DNA of 60,324 bases, filler included. It is 6 parts of 6 records of this genome, joined end to end, with 100 filler letters (N's around TTAATTAATTAA, not from the genome) between each part and the next. Parts side by side here need not be neighbours in the genome. Positions count along the whole stretch, not along the records: positions 51,536 to 60,324 come from SRR2962707_2069; 5 more parts are not named here. The stretch is one strand, 5' to 3'. The stretch's first letter is position 1. Every line of letters starts with the position of its first letter. The translations under genes and the position numbers were made by a program. Below are positions 52,081 to 60,324 of the stretch, piece after piece. Below the pieces are notes generated by a model. The model searched no databases. It was not told where the DNA came from and saw only the letters and a program-made list of their open reading frames with translations.

Positions 52081-55000
52081 TTATCTATCTTGTGGCCAAT
52101 TTGTCTTTTTCTTCTTTTTCTTCTTTTTCTTGTTATTCCCTCCACTGCTATTTTGATTTGATGAACTGTTAGGAGTTACTATTATTGACAGTAAAGAATA
52201 ACCATTCCCTGAGAAAGTATAACCCTGATTCATCAAGTAATTAGCAAGGACATTTTTGGCATTTTTACCAGAAATATCTTGACCATATGCTGCAACTTCG
52301 AACTTTGTACCTTCTTCTCCAGATTGATCAAGTCCATCCAAATTGTCACCATAATGAACATACTCATGAAGAATAGTTACAGCTAATCTGAATAGCAACG
52401 CCTCTTTCTCAAATCCACTTGCAGCTTCCATTTGCTTGACATATTTCTCATTCAGGTATAGTATATTACCAAACTGAGGAGTGTTAGCTCCAATATAACG
52501 CCCTATACTTTCACCACTAGCGGATTTAAAAGGCCTACCATTTCCATCAGTATTGGAAACTACAATTTTTGGACCTTGTCCCCACTGAAGGTCCTGCATT
52601 ATCTGCTGCTTACTCATTTCTCCATATTTAGATAATGCATTCATTATTCTACTATTATTACCTATCCCTTGGATTGTATTCTTTAGGTAATTAGCCAAAG
52701 TCTTATAAAGCTTCGCTGTTTTTGGATCCATTTCATACTCACCATTGAAATCCCAATATCTAATTGGATTATCAAATCCATATCTGTAAGGAGACCAATT
52801 ACTAAAAGCATGCGTTTGTGGATCAACACTAAACCACCTACCTATCTCAGGTTGATACATTCTAGCTCCATAATCCAACCATCCTGTTTCCTCCTGCAGT
52901 TCCTTACCATTATAGAGGTAGTTCTGGGCTGTTGAAGCGGTTCTGACAGTCTCATTGAAAGTAAGTCCGAAGGGGTAGTAATCCTGCGTGCTCACTACAT
53001 TCGTCTTGCCATGATATACCGTGAAGTCATCGAAGTGAACGTCTAGGGGTTCCTGATTTTCATTACTTAAGTAAGCCAGAATATAACCCTCCCTATCCGG
53101 TCTAATGCTGTTAATACTTATTGTTTCGTGAGCGTTGATCCCCAAAGCAGCTGTAGAAACCTGTTGGAAGCCACCCGAGATAAAAGACATTTCAGAATCA
53201 AAGAATAGGTAATTCAGATAGGCATGTGGTCCTGAGTTACTGGTACTTTTATCGTCCATGGCAGAACTACCTAACGCTTCGCTAAACTGTGAAAGTGATC
53301 CATTAACACCACCTTCAATACCACTGCCATAGTTAATATCAAAAGTTGTAAACAAAGATGAAATAGCCGATCCATACATAAAAGTATATCCGGTTGGTGC
53401 ACTAGTATAATTAGCGGTAACAGATAGATCAAGCGTATCGCCCTTATTTACACTAAGAAATATCATTGCACCTATTTGATCACTTTGAAGTCTTTCCACC
53501 TCATCACCACCGGGAGTGGTGTTTGCACTGGAGCTGGGGAACCTATGCAGGTTTTGCCAACCATTGCTTTCACCCGTTTCAAATGTTTCCACCATGGTAT
53601 AGTTCTCCGGAGTAGTTGAGAGGGTCACCCTCACATTTCCAAGATGATCTTTCAAATGATATTGATAATCCCAGTTGGAATCTTTTGGAATAATTCTACC
53701 TTCCTCATGTTGGATCAAAGCGATAGCTCCGTTCTCATAGATGAACTCTCCTACATAATCTGTAGTCTTGGCCAGGCTACCATCCTCAAATACTTTTTGT
53801 CTTAGCTTAATTCCTCCAGCGTCATAGAGGTACTCGATGTAGTTCTGAGCATCGAAAGTGACTTTAATTGGTAGGTTCAAGTGGTTGTAATCTATATCGG
53901 TAATGCCTTTGTTTGCATCCGCGATCATATTCCCATTAGAATCATAGAAATACTCGTCTGAACTGGCTCCTTCAGAATCTATCTCACTAAAACCATGATC
54001 GTTCGTCTCATTATCAGCCACACGTGTTAATTGATTTCCTTCATAGGTATAAGAAAGATCATCTGTCAGGTCTTCTCCAAAATTTCTTCGCAGGCTCATG
54101 ATATTGCCGTTTAAATCATATTGAATAGTACCTCCTGTATCAGTACCATATGCCGAATAATAGTCGTTTCGATTAAGTCCGCTATACACTGCCTTTTTCA
54201 ACCGGTTTAACCCATCGTACTGGAAGGTGTAAGTATGATCATCCTCTATTGTAGAAGCCGGTGATATCCAATTCATCTGACCAATGTTCCCATTATAATT
54301 ACCTGACTGATCGTATTGTAGTTCCATACCAAACAGATCAGACGGATCATTGAGACTTGTCCCGCTGTTTATATTAGTTAGCCAACCCCTTATGTTATAA
54401 TCATAATCAAGTAGTTGTTCCCCCTCATGAAGATTTTTTTGAACTAATTCGCCTAGTTCATTGTAAGAATTTTCCGAAATAAGTTTCTCTCCATTTGAAT
54501 CAATTTCATGATATGTTTTCAATAATCTATTGATGTTATCATATATGTAACGTCTTTTTATGGTAATCGAATTACTGCCATCCGAATGGACAGTTTGTTG
54601 CTTGCGAACACTTCCTCCAAAATCATATTGACTGCTTGTTCTGTCAATTCCACCAAGGTGATTTTCTGAAACCACCTGAATGGGTCTATACTCATCATCA
54701 TAATAAATAATGGTAGTAATGAAGTCATTTCCTTCCCCCCTAACAAGGGATCCGGTGACTTGACCTTTAACACTTGAATTGTAAGCCGGTACGATATGAA
54801 ATGCATCAGAGGTGGTGTATACCTGCTGAAATGTAGTGCCACTTAAATCAGATCCGGATACAAAGTCGTACGTATCGTAGTACGATACAGAAAAGATATT
54901 CCCTATAGTGCCACCGCTTCCTGTAACAAAAGGATAGGCAGTATTATTATAACCATTAGTTCCTGATCCGTCAAAGGTCAGAAAGCGATTGGCCGAACCA

Positions 55001-56766
55001 AAGCTCATAATATGTGATTGCATGGCGCTATGAGAACGACTGTCAATTATAAGGCCTGTAATCACTGGTCTGTCAAGTGCATCATAAGTAGTGTAGAGCC
55101 ATTGGTTGTTTGCACGCTGATTGCCATCCTGTGTGAGTACCAGTCGATTCCATTGATCATAAACCATATAAACCGGCTCTGCCCCAGGGACTTGCTTTTC
55201 AATCAATCTTCCCCGTTCATCATATAGATATTTGAAGGCTCTTATATCCAGAAAACCGGAGGTAAGTTCCTCTATTGGTTTGATGACAGCACCCGGAGAA
55301 AGAGTTACTCCAGCAGGAACAGTAATAGTTGCATTTGGCGAATAAGCGATGGTCGCCAAAGACTCTGAAGTGGTAAGGGTGTAATCTTCATTTTTAATTT
55401 CAAAATTGCCACTAGTCAAAGCCTGAAATTCATCATTAATCGCTTTACTTGCCTCCGGAGGAATCACTGCCCTTAATCTATTCATATCATCATAGACATA
55501 ATAAGTCTCAGCTGAAGTGCCTGGCGATACAAATGACTTCTTACAAAGCACTCGTCCTCTTTTGTCAGAGAATTCCTGAGACTCATTTCCATCCTCATCA
55601 ATTATGACATTTTTGAAAAGTTCCCCTTGGGAATATGATCCATTTCGGATAATGTTTCCTGAAAGATCAATAATAAACTGGGCTACCTCCCCAGTAGAAT
55701 TGATTTCATATGATAGACCAATTGGTTTATCCCCGCCTAGCAGCCCCCATGCTGAACCCGGAGCATATGATTCTGTTACTCGATTTAATGGTGATGATTC
55801 ATAAATATTTTGAGAAAAAGCAAATCCACCTTCAGATTCACCCTTAAGATTTCGATAAAACATATCTGCACTTCCTTCAAAATCTTCATCTCTGGCTATT
55901 GCATTTGGATCATAGATTTGATCATAAGCATTGCTGGCGTAGGGTAAATAATTTTTAGTTACCATCCCATATTCGTCATATGCATATGGCTTGATCAGGG
56001 ATTGTCCTAAAGGAGATTGCTCGACACCAATTTTTTGCTTAACCCTCCCCAATCCATCATAATATGAAACCGCTTGTGAACGATTGGAAATCGAGGCATT
56101 AATCAAATTCGTTAGTGAGTTTAGACCTGCAACACGACTTGTGTACTCATCTGTTCTATTCTGATCAATTAAATCAGCGTATGAATAGGCATTTATTTTC
56201 TTTGAGTGATGTGTATAACCTTGTTTATAACCAACCACATAATAAACTCCTGTAGCTGGATTATCTATAAATGAACTGACTTGTCCCGATACTGCCACTT
56301 CTTGACCAGTACTCAGCACTTGATACCATTGAAACGAGTCATAGTATGTCCCACCGCCATCTACATCATTGGTTACTTCAAGACGTATTGATGTAGGAGT
56401 TGTCATACTTAGTGCTATCTCAGGGAGTTTTCCGAAGTATTTCACTTCTCCAAATAGTTCAAGTTCATAATTTAGTCCCAAGGGTTGATGAATGAGGTGA
56501 AATGTGCCTGGTGCTGCAAACTGCCCAGTCCATTCATCGCTTTCTGTTGGGGGAACATTGTTAAGAATAGGGCCAGAATAAATCCAATCCCCAAATGTCT
56601 GTTCCTCTACACCATTGGTATATTCTACGTGGGCTGTATAGGTGGCTGAACCACCTACATATACGACAGTTGGACCCTGCATCCACTTATTTTCAACTTG
56701 AGCATGAAGTGAAAAGGCTAAGCAAAAGCAAATTCCAATTAATGTTTTTGTAACTATATTTTTCAT
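52081..56766 (-). CDS. Secreted Rhs-repeat polymorphic toxin (DUF6443-like + RHS core) with C-terminal HEXXH metallopeptidase (Tox-MPTase3-like)
   Basis: Signal peptide; YYDGLGR..Q (DUF6443-like); YD repeats; DHLGNVR, DYYPFG, YNGKELQ..TGWLDYGARMY...GRW.SVDP, NPIRYWDFNG; tip TILHEYVHYGD...GEEG..FE...YG. Confidence 0.88.
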   Translation of the reverse strand: MKNIVTKTLIGICFCLAFSLHAQVENKWMQGPTVVYVGGSATYTAHVEYTNGVEEQTFGDWIYSGPILNNVPPTESDEWTGQFAAPGTFHLIHQPLGLNYELELFGEVKYFGKLPEIALSMTTPTSIRLEVTNDVDGGGTYYDSFQWYQVLSTGQEVAVSGQVSSFIDNPATGVYYVVGYKQGYTHHSKKINAYSYADLIDQNRTDEYTSRVAGLNSLTNLINASISNRSQAVSYYDGLGRVKQKIGVEQSPLGQSLIKPYAYDEYGMVTKNYLPYASNAYDQIYDPNAIARDEDFEGSADMFYRNLKGESEGGFAFSQNIYESSPLNRVTESYAPGSAWGLLGGDKPIGLSYEINSTGEVAQFIIDLSGNIIRNGSYSQGELFKNVIIDEDGNESQEFSDKRGRVLCKKSFVSPGTSAETYYVYDDMNRLRAVIPPEASKAINDEFQALTSGNFEIKNEDYTLTTSESLATIAYSPNATITVPAGVTLSPGAVIKPIEELTSGFLDIRAFKYLYDERGRLIEKQVPGAEPVYMVYDQWNRLVLTQDGNQRANNQWLYTTYDALDRPVITGLIIDSRSHSAMQSHIMSFGSANRFLTFDGSGTNGYNNTAYPFVTGSGGTIGNIFSVSYYDTYDFVSGSDLSGTTFQQVYTTSDAFHIVPAYNSSVKGQVTGSLVRGEGNDFITTIIYYDDEYRPIQVVSENHLGGIDRTSSQYDFGGSVRKQQTVHSDGSNSITIKRRYIYDNINRLLKTYHEIDSNGEKLISENSYNELGELVQKNLHEGEQLLDYDYNIRGWLTNINSGTSLNDPSDLFGMELQYDQSGNYNGNIGQMNWISPASTIEDDHTYTFQYDGLNRLKKAVYSGLNRNDYYSAYGTDTGGTIQYDLNGNIMSLRRNFGEDLTDDLSYTYEGNQLTRVADNETNDHGFSEIDSEGASSDEYFYDSNGNMIADANKGITDIDYNHLNLPIKVTFDAQNYIEYLYDAGGIKLRQKVFEDGSLAKTTDYVGEFIYENGAIALIQHEEGRIIPKDSNWDYQYHLKDHLGNVRVTLSTTPENYTMVETFETGESNGWQNLHRFPSSSANTTPGGDEVERLQSDQIGAMIFLSVNKGDTLDLSVTANYTSAPTGYTFMYGSAISSLFTTFDINYGSGIEGGVNGSLSQFSEALGSSAMDDKSTSNSGPHAYLNYLFFDSEMSFISGGFQQVSTAALGINAHETISINSIRPDREGYILAYLSNENQEPLDVHFDDFTVYHGKTNVVSTQDYYPFGLTFNETVRTASTAQNYLYNGKELQEETGWLDYGARMYQPEIGRWFSVDPQTHAFSNWSPYRYGFDNPIRYWDFNGEYEMDPKTAKLYKTLANYLKNTIQGIGNNSRIMNALSKYGEMSKQQIMQDLQWGQGPKIVVSNTDGNGRPFKSASGESIGRYIGANTPQFGNILYLNEKYVKQMEAASGFEKEALLFRLAVTILHEYVHYGDNLDGLDQSGEEGTKFEVAAYGQDISGKNAKNVLANYLMNQGYTFSGNGYSLLSIIVTPNSSSNQNSSGGNNKKKKKKKKKTNWPQDR
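52105..52131 (-). repeat. 9-nt tandem repeat AAGAAAAAG x3 encoding nine lysines
   Basis: Seen directly at the toxin C-terminus. Confidence 0.9.
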
Positions 56767-56797
56767 TTTATCAGGTTCTGATTTTATTGGATCGCTT

Positions 56798-59700
56798 TTA
56801 ATTACCAGAGATATATTTATACTTGAATCCCTTCAATACATTACCATTGTGATCTTTGATGACCTGAACTCTCCCGTAATTATCATACTCGTAATTGATG
56901 GTTCTATTGTTCACATCGCTGGAGGACGTCATTCCTAAAATTGGCTCATAGTCATATTCTGTTACTTGTGCATCAGATGGATAAATCAAGATTTCATCAA
57001 CATTTATTGGAGTAGTAGAATTGTTGGTTAGTGTTATCCTTCCCTGAGTTGTCAATTCTACCTGATGACTCTTTTTCTGGAAGTTAGATGTGACTGAAAA
57101 AGTAGTACCGGCCACATCCAAATTACCTGAACCACTAGCATAGAATTCGACGACATATTTTCCCGGGGGCACTATTGGGCTACTACAATAACTACCTTGT
57201 TGGGTCAACTCGCCATAACCCCAACCTTTTGGTGTAGTGGCATCGCTTTCGATCGATAAGCCATTTTTTAGCCAGTCTTGATCATCGGCATACTCTTCAA
57301 ATCCATTGTAGAATACATTATTAATTGGAGCATTTACCAAAACGAAAATTGGACTCTCCTGCTGGTAGTTATAGACAAAACTGACAGGTAAACCATTGGT
57401 ACTTTTTTGTTCGATTCTTTGACCAAAAACATTATGCTGGTATTCCATTTGTTTATACATGTATGTTGAATTGGGAGAAAACTGGCCATTGCTAACTGAT
57501 CCTACACTAAAACTGGATTCACTGACAGGCGAACTGGATTTGAAACTATAAAGCTGATCAATATCATAATATCCGTCAAAATCACCATAGTTAAGAAATT
57601 GAGCATTCAACACAGATGTATTTCCATTTTCAGAAATTAAACTCATGATCTCGACAGGTTCTGTTATCCGGAAATCAGAGATCATTGAATTCATTACCGA
57701 TGTTCGCTCTGTTACAGAGTAATCTGAGGTATATCTTACTTGGTTAATAAGTAGCTCACCTCTACTTCCAGCTGTTGAAATAGAACTTAACTGATGATGA
57801 TCAGGTAATACATTTACACCATCCCCTATTACCAAATATTTATCGTCAATGACATAATTATAATCCAGGTGGTCATGGGTATAATCGGTGGTTTTAGAAA
57901 CAGTCAGTCCATTATTGTAAAACTCTTCTGTCCGGCTATTTAGAAACGTAAACCCGGTGTAAATGGAATATGGCGTATAATAGATATAAAAATGATCATA
58001 ATTTTTACGCACTGCATCGAAATCCTGTTCATCAATAACTTGTCTATAGTAGGTTTTGAATTCATTGATAACTTTCTTCAATGGCACTCCAGATTCGTTA
58101 TAATATGTAATGGACTCGGGTTGATTGAAATTAATATATGGTTTCACAACACATTGTGGAAAAGCATCAAGATATGATCCATAAGAGAGGTAGCTATCAA
58201 ATCCCATTTCGTTTCCAGCATCTCCTTCATATCGATACACAGTCGAACCTTTGCCAACCTGTTTTTCAGTTACCTCAACATGCATTACTCGATTATGGGA
58301 TGCATCATTATTGATTGGGTTTGAGAACACCACATTATCAGCAGCCATGTCGCCTTGACATATTTCACCAGCAACAGATTGATGGCCTGCATCTGCTATA
58401 GTTCTAACATCATATTCAGGAGATCCCAATAACAATTGCCCATCTCCATAATCGAATTCCTTTTGAATTTCCGGTCCATCCTTAGGGTCGTAAATCAATT
58501 TTTTAATTACCAATCCACCTGCAGGCCTATTGGCATACTCATAGGTTGCATTAACAGTATTTAATTCACTATAATATGCGTAATCAGAATCGTAATAGAA
58601 CTTGGATACACCTCCTGTTGGATACTTAACTTCATCTAGAATAAATGCTTTTTTTGCATTTGTGTTTACCGACCTGTTCCCTCTTAATTCTAAGGTATAA
58701 TTAGTCGATGTTGTCTTTCGTAGATAGGAAGGAATTAGAGTTGTATTTCCATCGGCACCATTGTAGAATCCCCAATGGTCTGAGGCTTGAGTAAGGCGTG
58801 GTGGTATCCCATAACTTAGATTATTATACTTGTTATAACTAAACTCATAGGATCCAACCTTCGAATTTCCTCCGTCATACATTTCAACCGCATCCAATCT
58901 AAGTCGCTTAAATGAGTATGCCGGAACGTTGGGATAGTTGTTATTGCTATTCGAACCTTGAAAATAGCTTGTGACCAAATGGAACTTCCTTACGTGGAAA
59001 CCAGAGTTAAAGCTTAGTCGATCTATAATTTTAATATTCTCAAGTGATCTGGAACTCCCGTCTATATCACTGCGAAAACTACCATATTCAAACTCAACAA
59101 TTTCCTTCTTTGTTATAATTCGCTGTATTGGCAAAATGGACTGGACACTCGATTTTGTGGAAATATTTAACGACCCAGTGTTATTATAATGATTAACCAA
59201 TTTTTGGCCTCCATAAATTTCTTCCTCAATATTTTCATAGGAGGAAGCATACTCAAATAAAATTGTATCAGATTTTGAAGTTACAATCTCATCAAGCAGC
59301 CAAGATGAAGTCGTGGACTCTGAAGAATACACCCCATCGCTCGTGTGATAGTCTACCCGAGATTTCTCCTCTCTACGAAAATAGAATTTTGTTCCATCTG
59401 ACTTAATCACAACAAATTCGTCAAACATTGTACCTTGACTGATATCTTGGATTAAAACATCCTGTTCTGGAATTAGATGGATATTTGCATCATAATCATG
59501 AACGAATTTTCCGGAAATGCCACCGCATTCAAAGTAGAATAAGTCAGGTTCCGTATCCCACCAAAAAGACCCTACATCAAATATTGTATTTGCACAGGTT
59601 GAATTCTGACCACCAAGACCCAAGGTTCCCGCATTTGTATGTTCTAAAACTTTACTTTTGGTCTGCGGTATGTTATTGCAAACTAAATAACCCGTGTTAC

Positions 59701-60076
59701 TGACCGGACCATTATTGAAGCTTGTTTCTTCGTCTGCTGATAGTCCTTTGACTGTCCTTGTAATGACACCACCGGTGTTTAGTACCCATCCCAATCCAAC
59801 ACTGGTTGCGTTCTGATCCACTTTAATACCTCCTGTATGGTAGTCCAGGGATATGGGCAATTCAAATCCATTCACTTTTAATGTGTGAATTGGTATTGAA
59901 ATATTAACTGCCCCAGAACTTTTGTCGACGGGAAAATCAACATATTTAGCAATACCCGCTGAGTTTGGTGATTTAGGATAAAAGTCCTCACGTGGATTAA
60001 TGAAATTAATCTGTGAATAGCATAGATGTACGACTAATACATTGGCCACTATTATGGAAAATTTTCTAATTGTCAT
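56798..60076 (-). CDS. Secreted YD-repeat Rhs-partner protein
   Basis: Signal peptide; SPNSAG..KY...PVD...G..NISIPI, LDYHTGGI, VGLGWVL..GG.ITR, DTEPDLF, DHWGFYNG, YPTGG; C-terminal YEYDNYGRV..IKD.NG. Confidence 0.82.
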   Translation of the reverse strand: MTIRKFSIIVANVLVVHLCYSQINFINPREDFYPKSPNSAGIAKYVDFPVDKSSGAVNISIPIHTLKVNGFELPISLDYHTGGIKVDQNATSVGLGWVLNTGGVITRTVKGLSADEETSFNNGPVSNTGYLVCNNIPQTKSKVLEHTNAGTLGLGGQNSTCANTIFDVGSFWWDTEPDLFYFECGGISGKFVHDYDANIHLIPEQDVLIQDISQGTMFDEFVVIKSDGTKFYFRREEKSRVDYHTSDGVYSSESTTSSWLLDEIVTSKSDTILFEYASSYENIEEEIYGGQKLVNHYNNTGSLNISTKSSVQSILPIQRIITKKEIVEFEYGSFRSDIDGSSRSLENIKIIDRLSFNSGFHVRKFHLVTSYFQGSNSNNNYPNVPAYSFKRLRLDAVEMYDGGNSKVGSYEFSYNKYNNLSYGIPPRLTQASDHWGFYNGADGNTTLIPSYLRKTTSTNYTLELRGNRSVNTNAKKAFILDEVKYPTGGVSKFYYDSDYAYYSELNTVNATYEYANRPAGGLVIKKLIYDPKDGPEIQKEFDYGDGQLLLGSPEYDVRTIADAGHQSVAGEICQGDMAADNVVFSNPINNDASHNRVMHVEVTEKQVGKGSTVYRYEGDAGNEMGFDSYLSYGSYLDAFPQCVVKPYINFNQPESITYYNESGVPLKKVINEFKTYYRQVIDEQDFDAVRKNYDHFYIYYTPYSIYTGFTFLNSRTEEFYNNGLTVSKTTDYTHDHLDYNYVIDDKYLVIGDGVNVLPDHHQLSSISTAGSRGELLINQVRYTSDYSVTERTSVMNSMISDFRITEPVEIMSLISENGNTSVLNAQFLNYGDFDGYYDIDQLYSFKSSSPVSESSFSVGSVSNGQFSPNSTYMYKQMEYQHNVFGQRIEQKSTNGLPVSFVYNYQQESPIFVLVNAPINNVFYNGFEEYADDQDWLKNGLSIESDATTPKGWGYGELTQQGSYCSSPIVPPGKYVVEFYASGSGNLDVAGTTFSVTSNFQKKSHQVELTTQGRITLTNNSTTPINVDEILIYPSDAQVTEYDYEPILGMTSSSDVNNRTINYEYDNYGRVQVIKDHNGNVLKGFKYKYISGN

Positions 60077-60080
60077 TTTC

Positions 60081-60324
60081 TTAGTTGGTTAACTTTTTTC
60101 TCATTTCATTAATCATAATTCCTTGCTTCTCAATCAACTTCTGCTGGTTTGTGACTTGTAAAGTTAGGTTGTGTTGCTGTTGACTGTTAGCTTTCAACTG
60201 TTGGCTAGTCGTCATTAGCTCTTGACGGAGTACGTTATTCTCATTTTTAACTTGAATCAAATATAAGGTCAACTCTTCCACTTTTTTCAACAACAACATA
60301 TTCATCTCTCCCAGCTGCACGCCA
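60081..60324 (-). CDS. C-terminal end of a Bacteroidota tail-fibre/peptidase-S74-chaperone-like coiled-coil protein (truncated)
   Basis: GVQLGEMNMLLLKKVEELTLYLI motif followed by a heptad coiled coil. Confidence 0.7.
   Translation of the reverse strand, partial: GVQLGEMNMLLLKKVEELTLYLIQVKNENNVLRQELMTTSQQLKANSQQQHNLTLQVTNQQKLIEKQGIMINEMRKKLTN

Overview
This window is not one genome region. It is six unrelated contigs joined by identical 100-nt artificial spacers (44 N + TTAATTAATTAA + 44 N). (1) 1-9527, Roseobacter-type alphaproteobacterium: leuB end, DMT, VOC-bicupin, GT61/FkbM pair, and a TRAP transporter + pxpBCA 5-oxoprolinase operon with a frameshifted dctM. (2) 9628-24087, eukaryote (stramenopile-like by inference): one giant spliced gene of >4,580 codons with three complete introns (one GC-AG) and a fourth truncated one. 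It encodes UBA-like, SAP-like, WWE, ZZ-like, UIM and SPRY modules and is probably a HECT E3 ligase cut off before HECT. (3) 24188-35671, alphaproteobacterium: GntR-controlled cryptic catabolic operon (class II aldolase, 2-hydroxyacid dehydrogenase, two amidohydrolases, Dpp/Opp-type ABC). (4) 35772-43113, Thalassospira-like: partial SRP RNA, nudC, LysR/GST, TetR/GST, dapE, dapD end. (5) 43214-51435, Thalassospira-like: rlmH end, a soluble chemoreceptor with a C-terminal solute-binding domain, DeoR, and an aminoacetone/aminopropanol-type dehydrogenase-kinase-phospho-lyase trio without microcompartment shell genes. (6) 51536-60324, AT-rich Bacteroidota: signal-peptide-bearing YD/Rhs pair with an HEXXH metallopeptidase toxin tip and an immunity lipoprotein. 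The best leads are the shell-less aminopropanol locus with its chemoreceptor, the Sec-exported Rhs module and the giant E3-like gene. All family and taxon calls come from motif recognition by eye; no searches were run.
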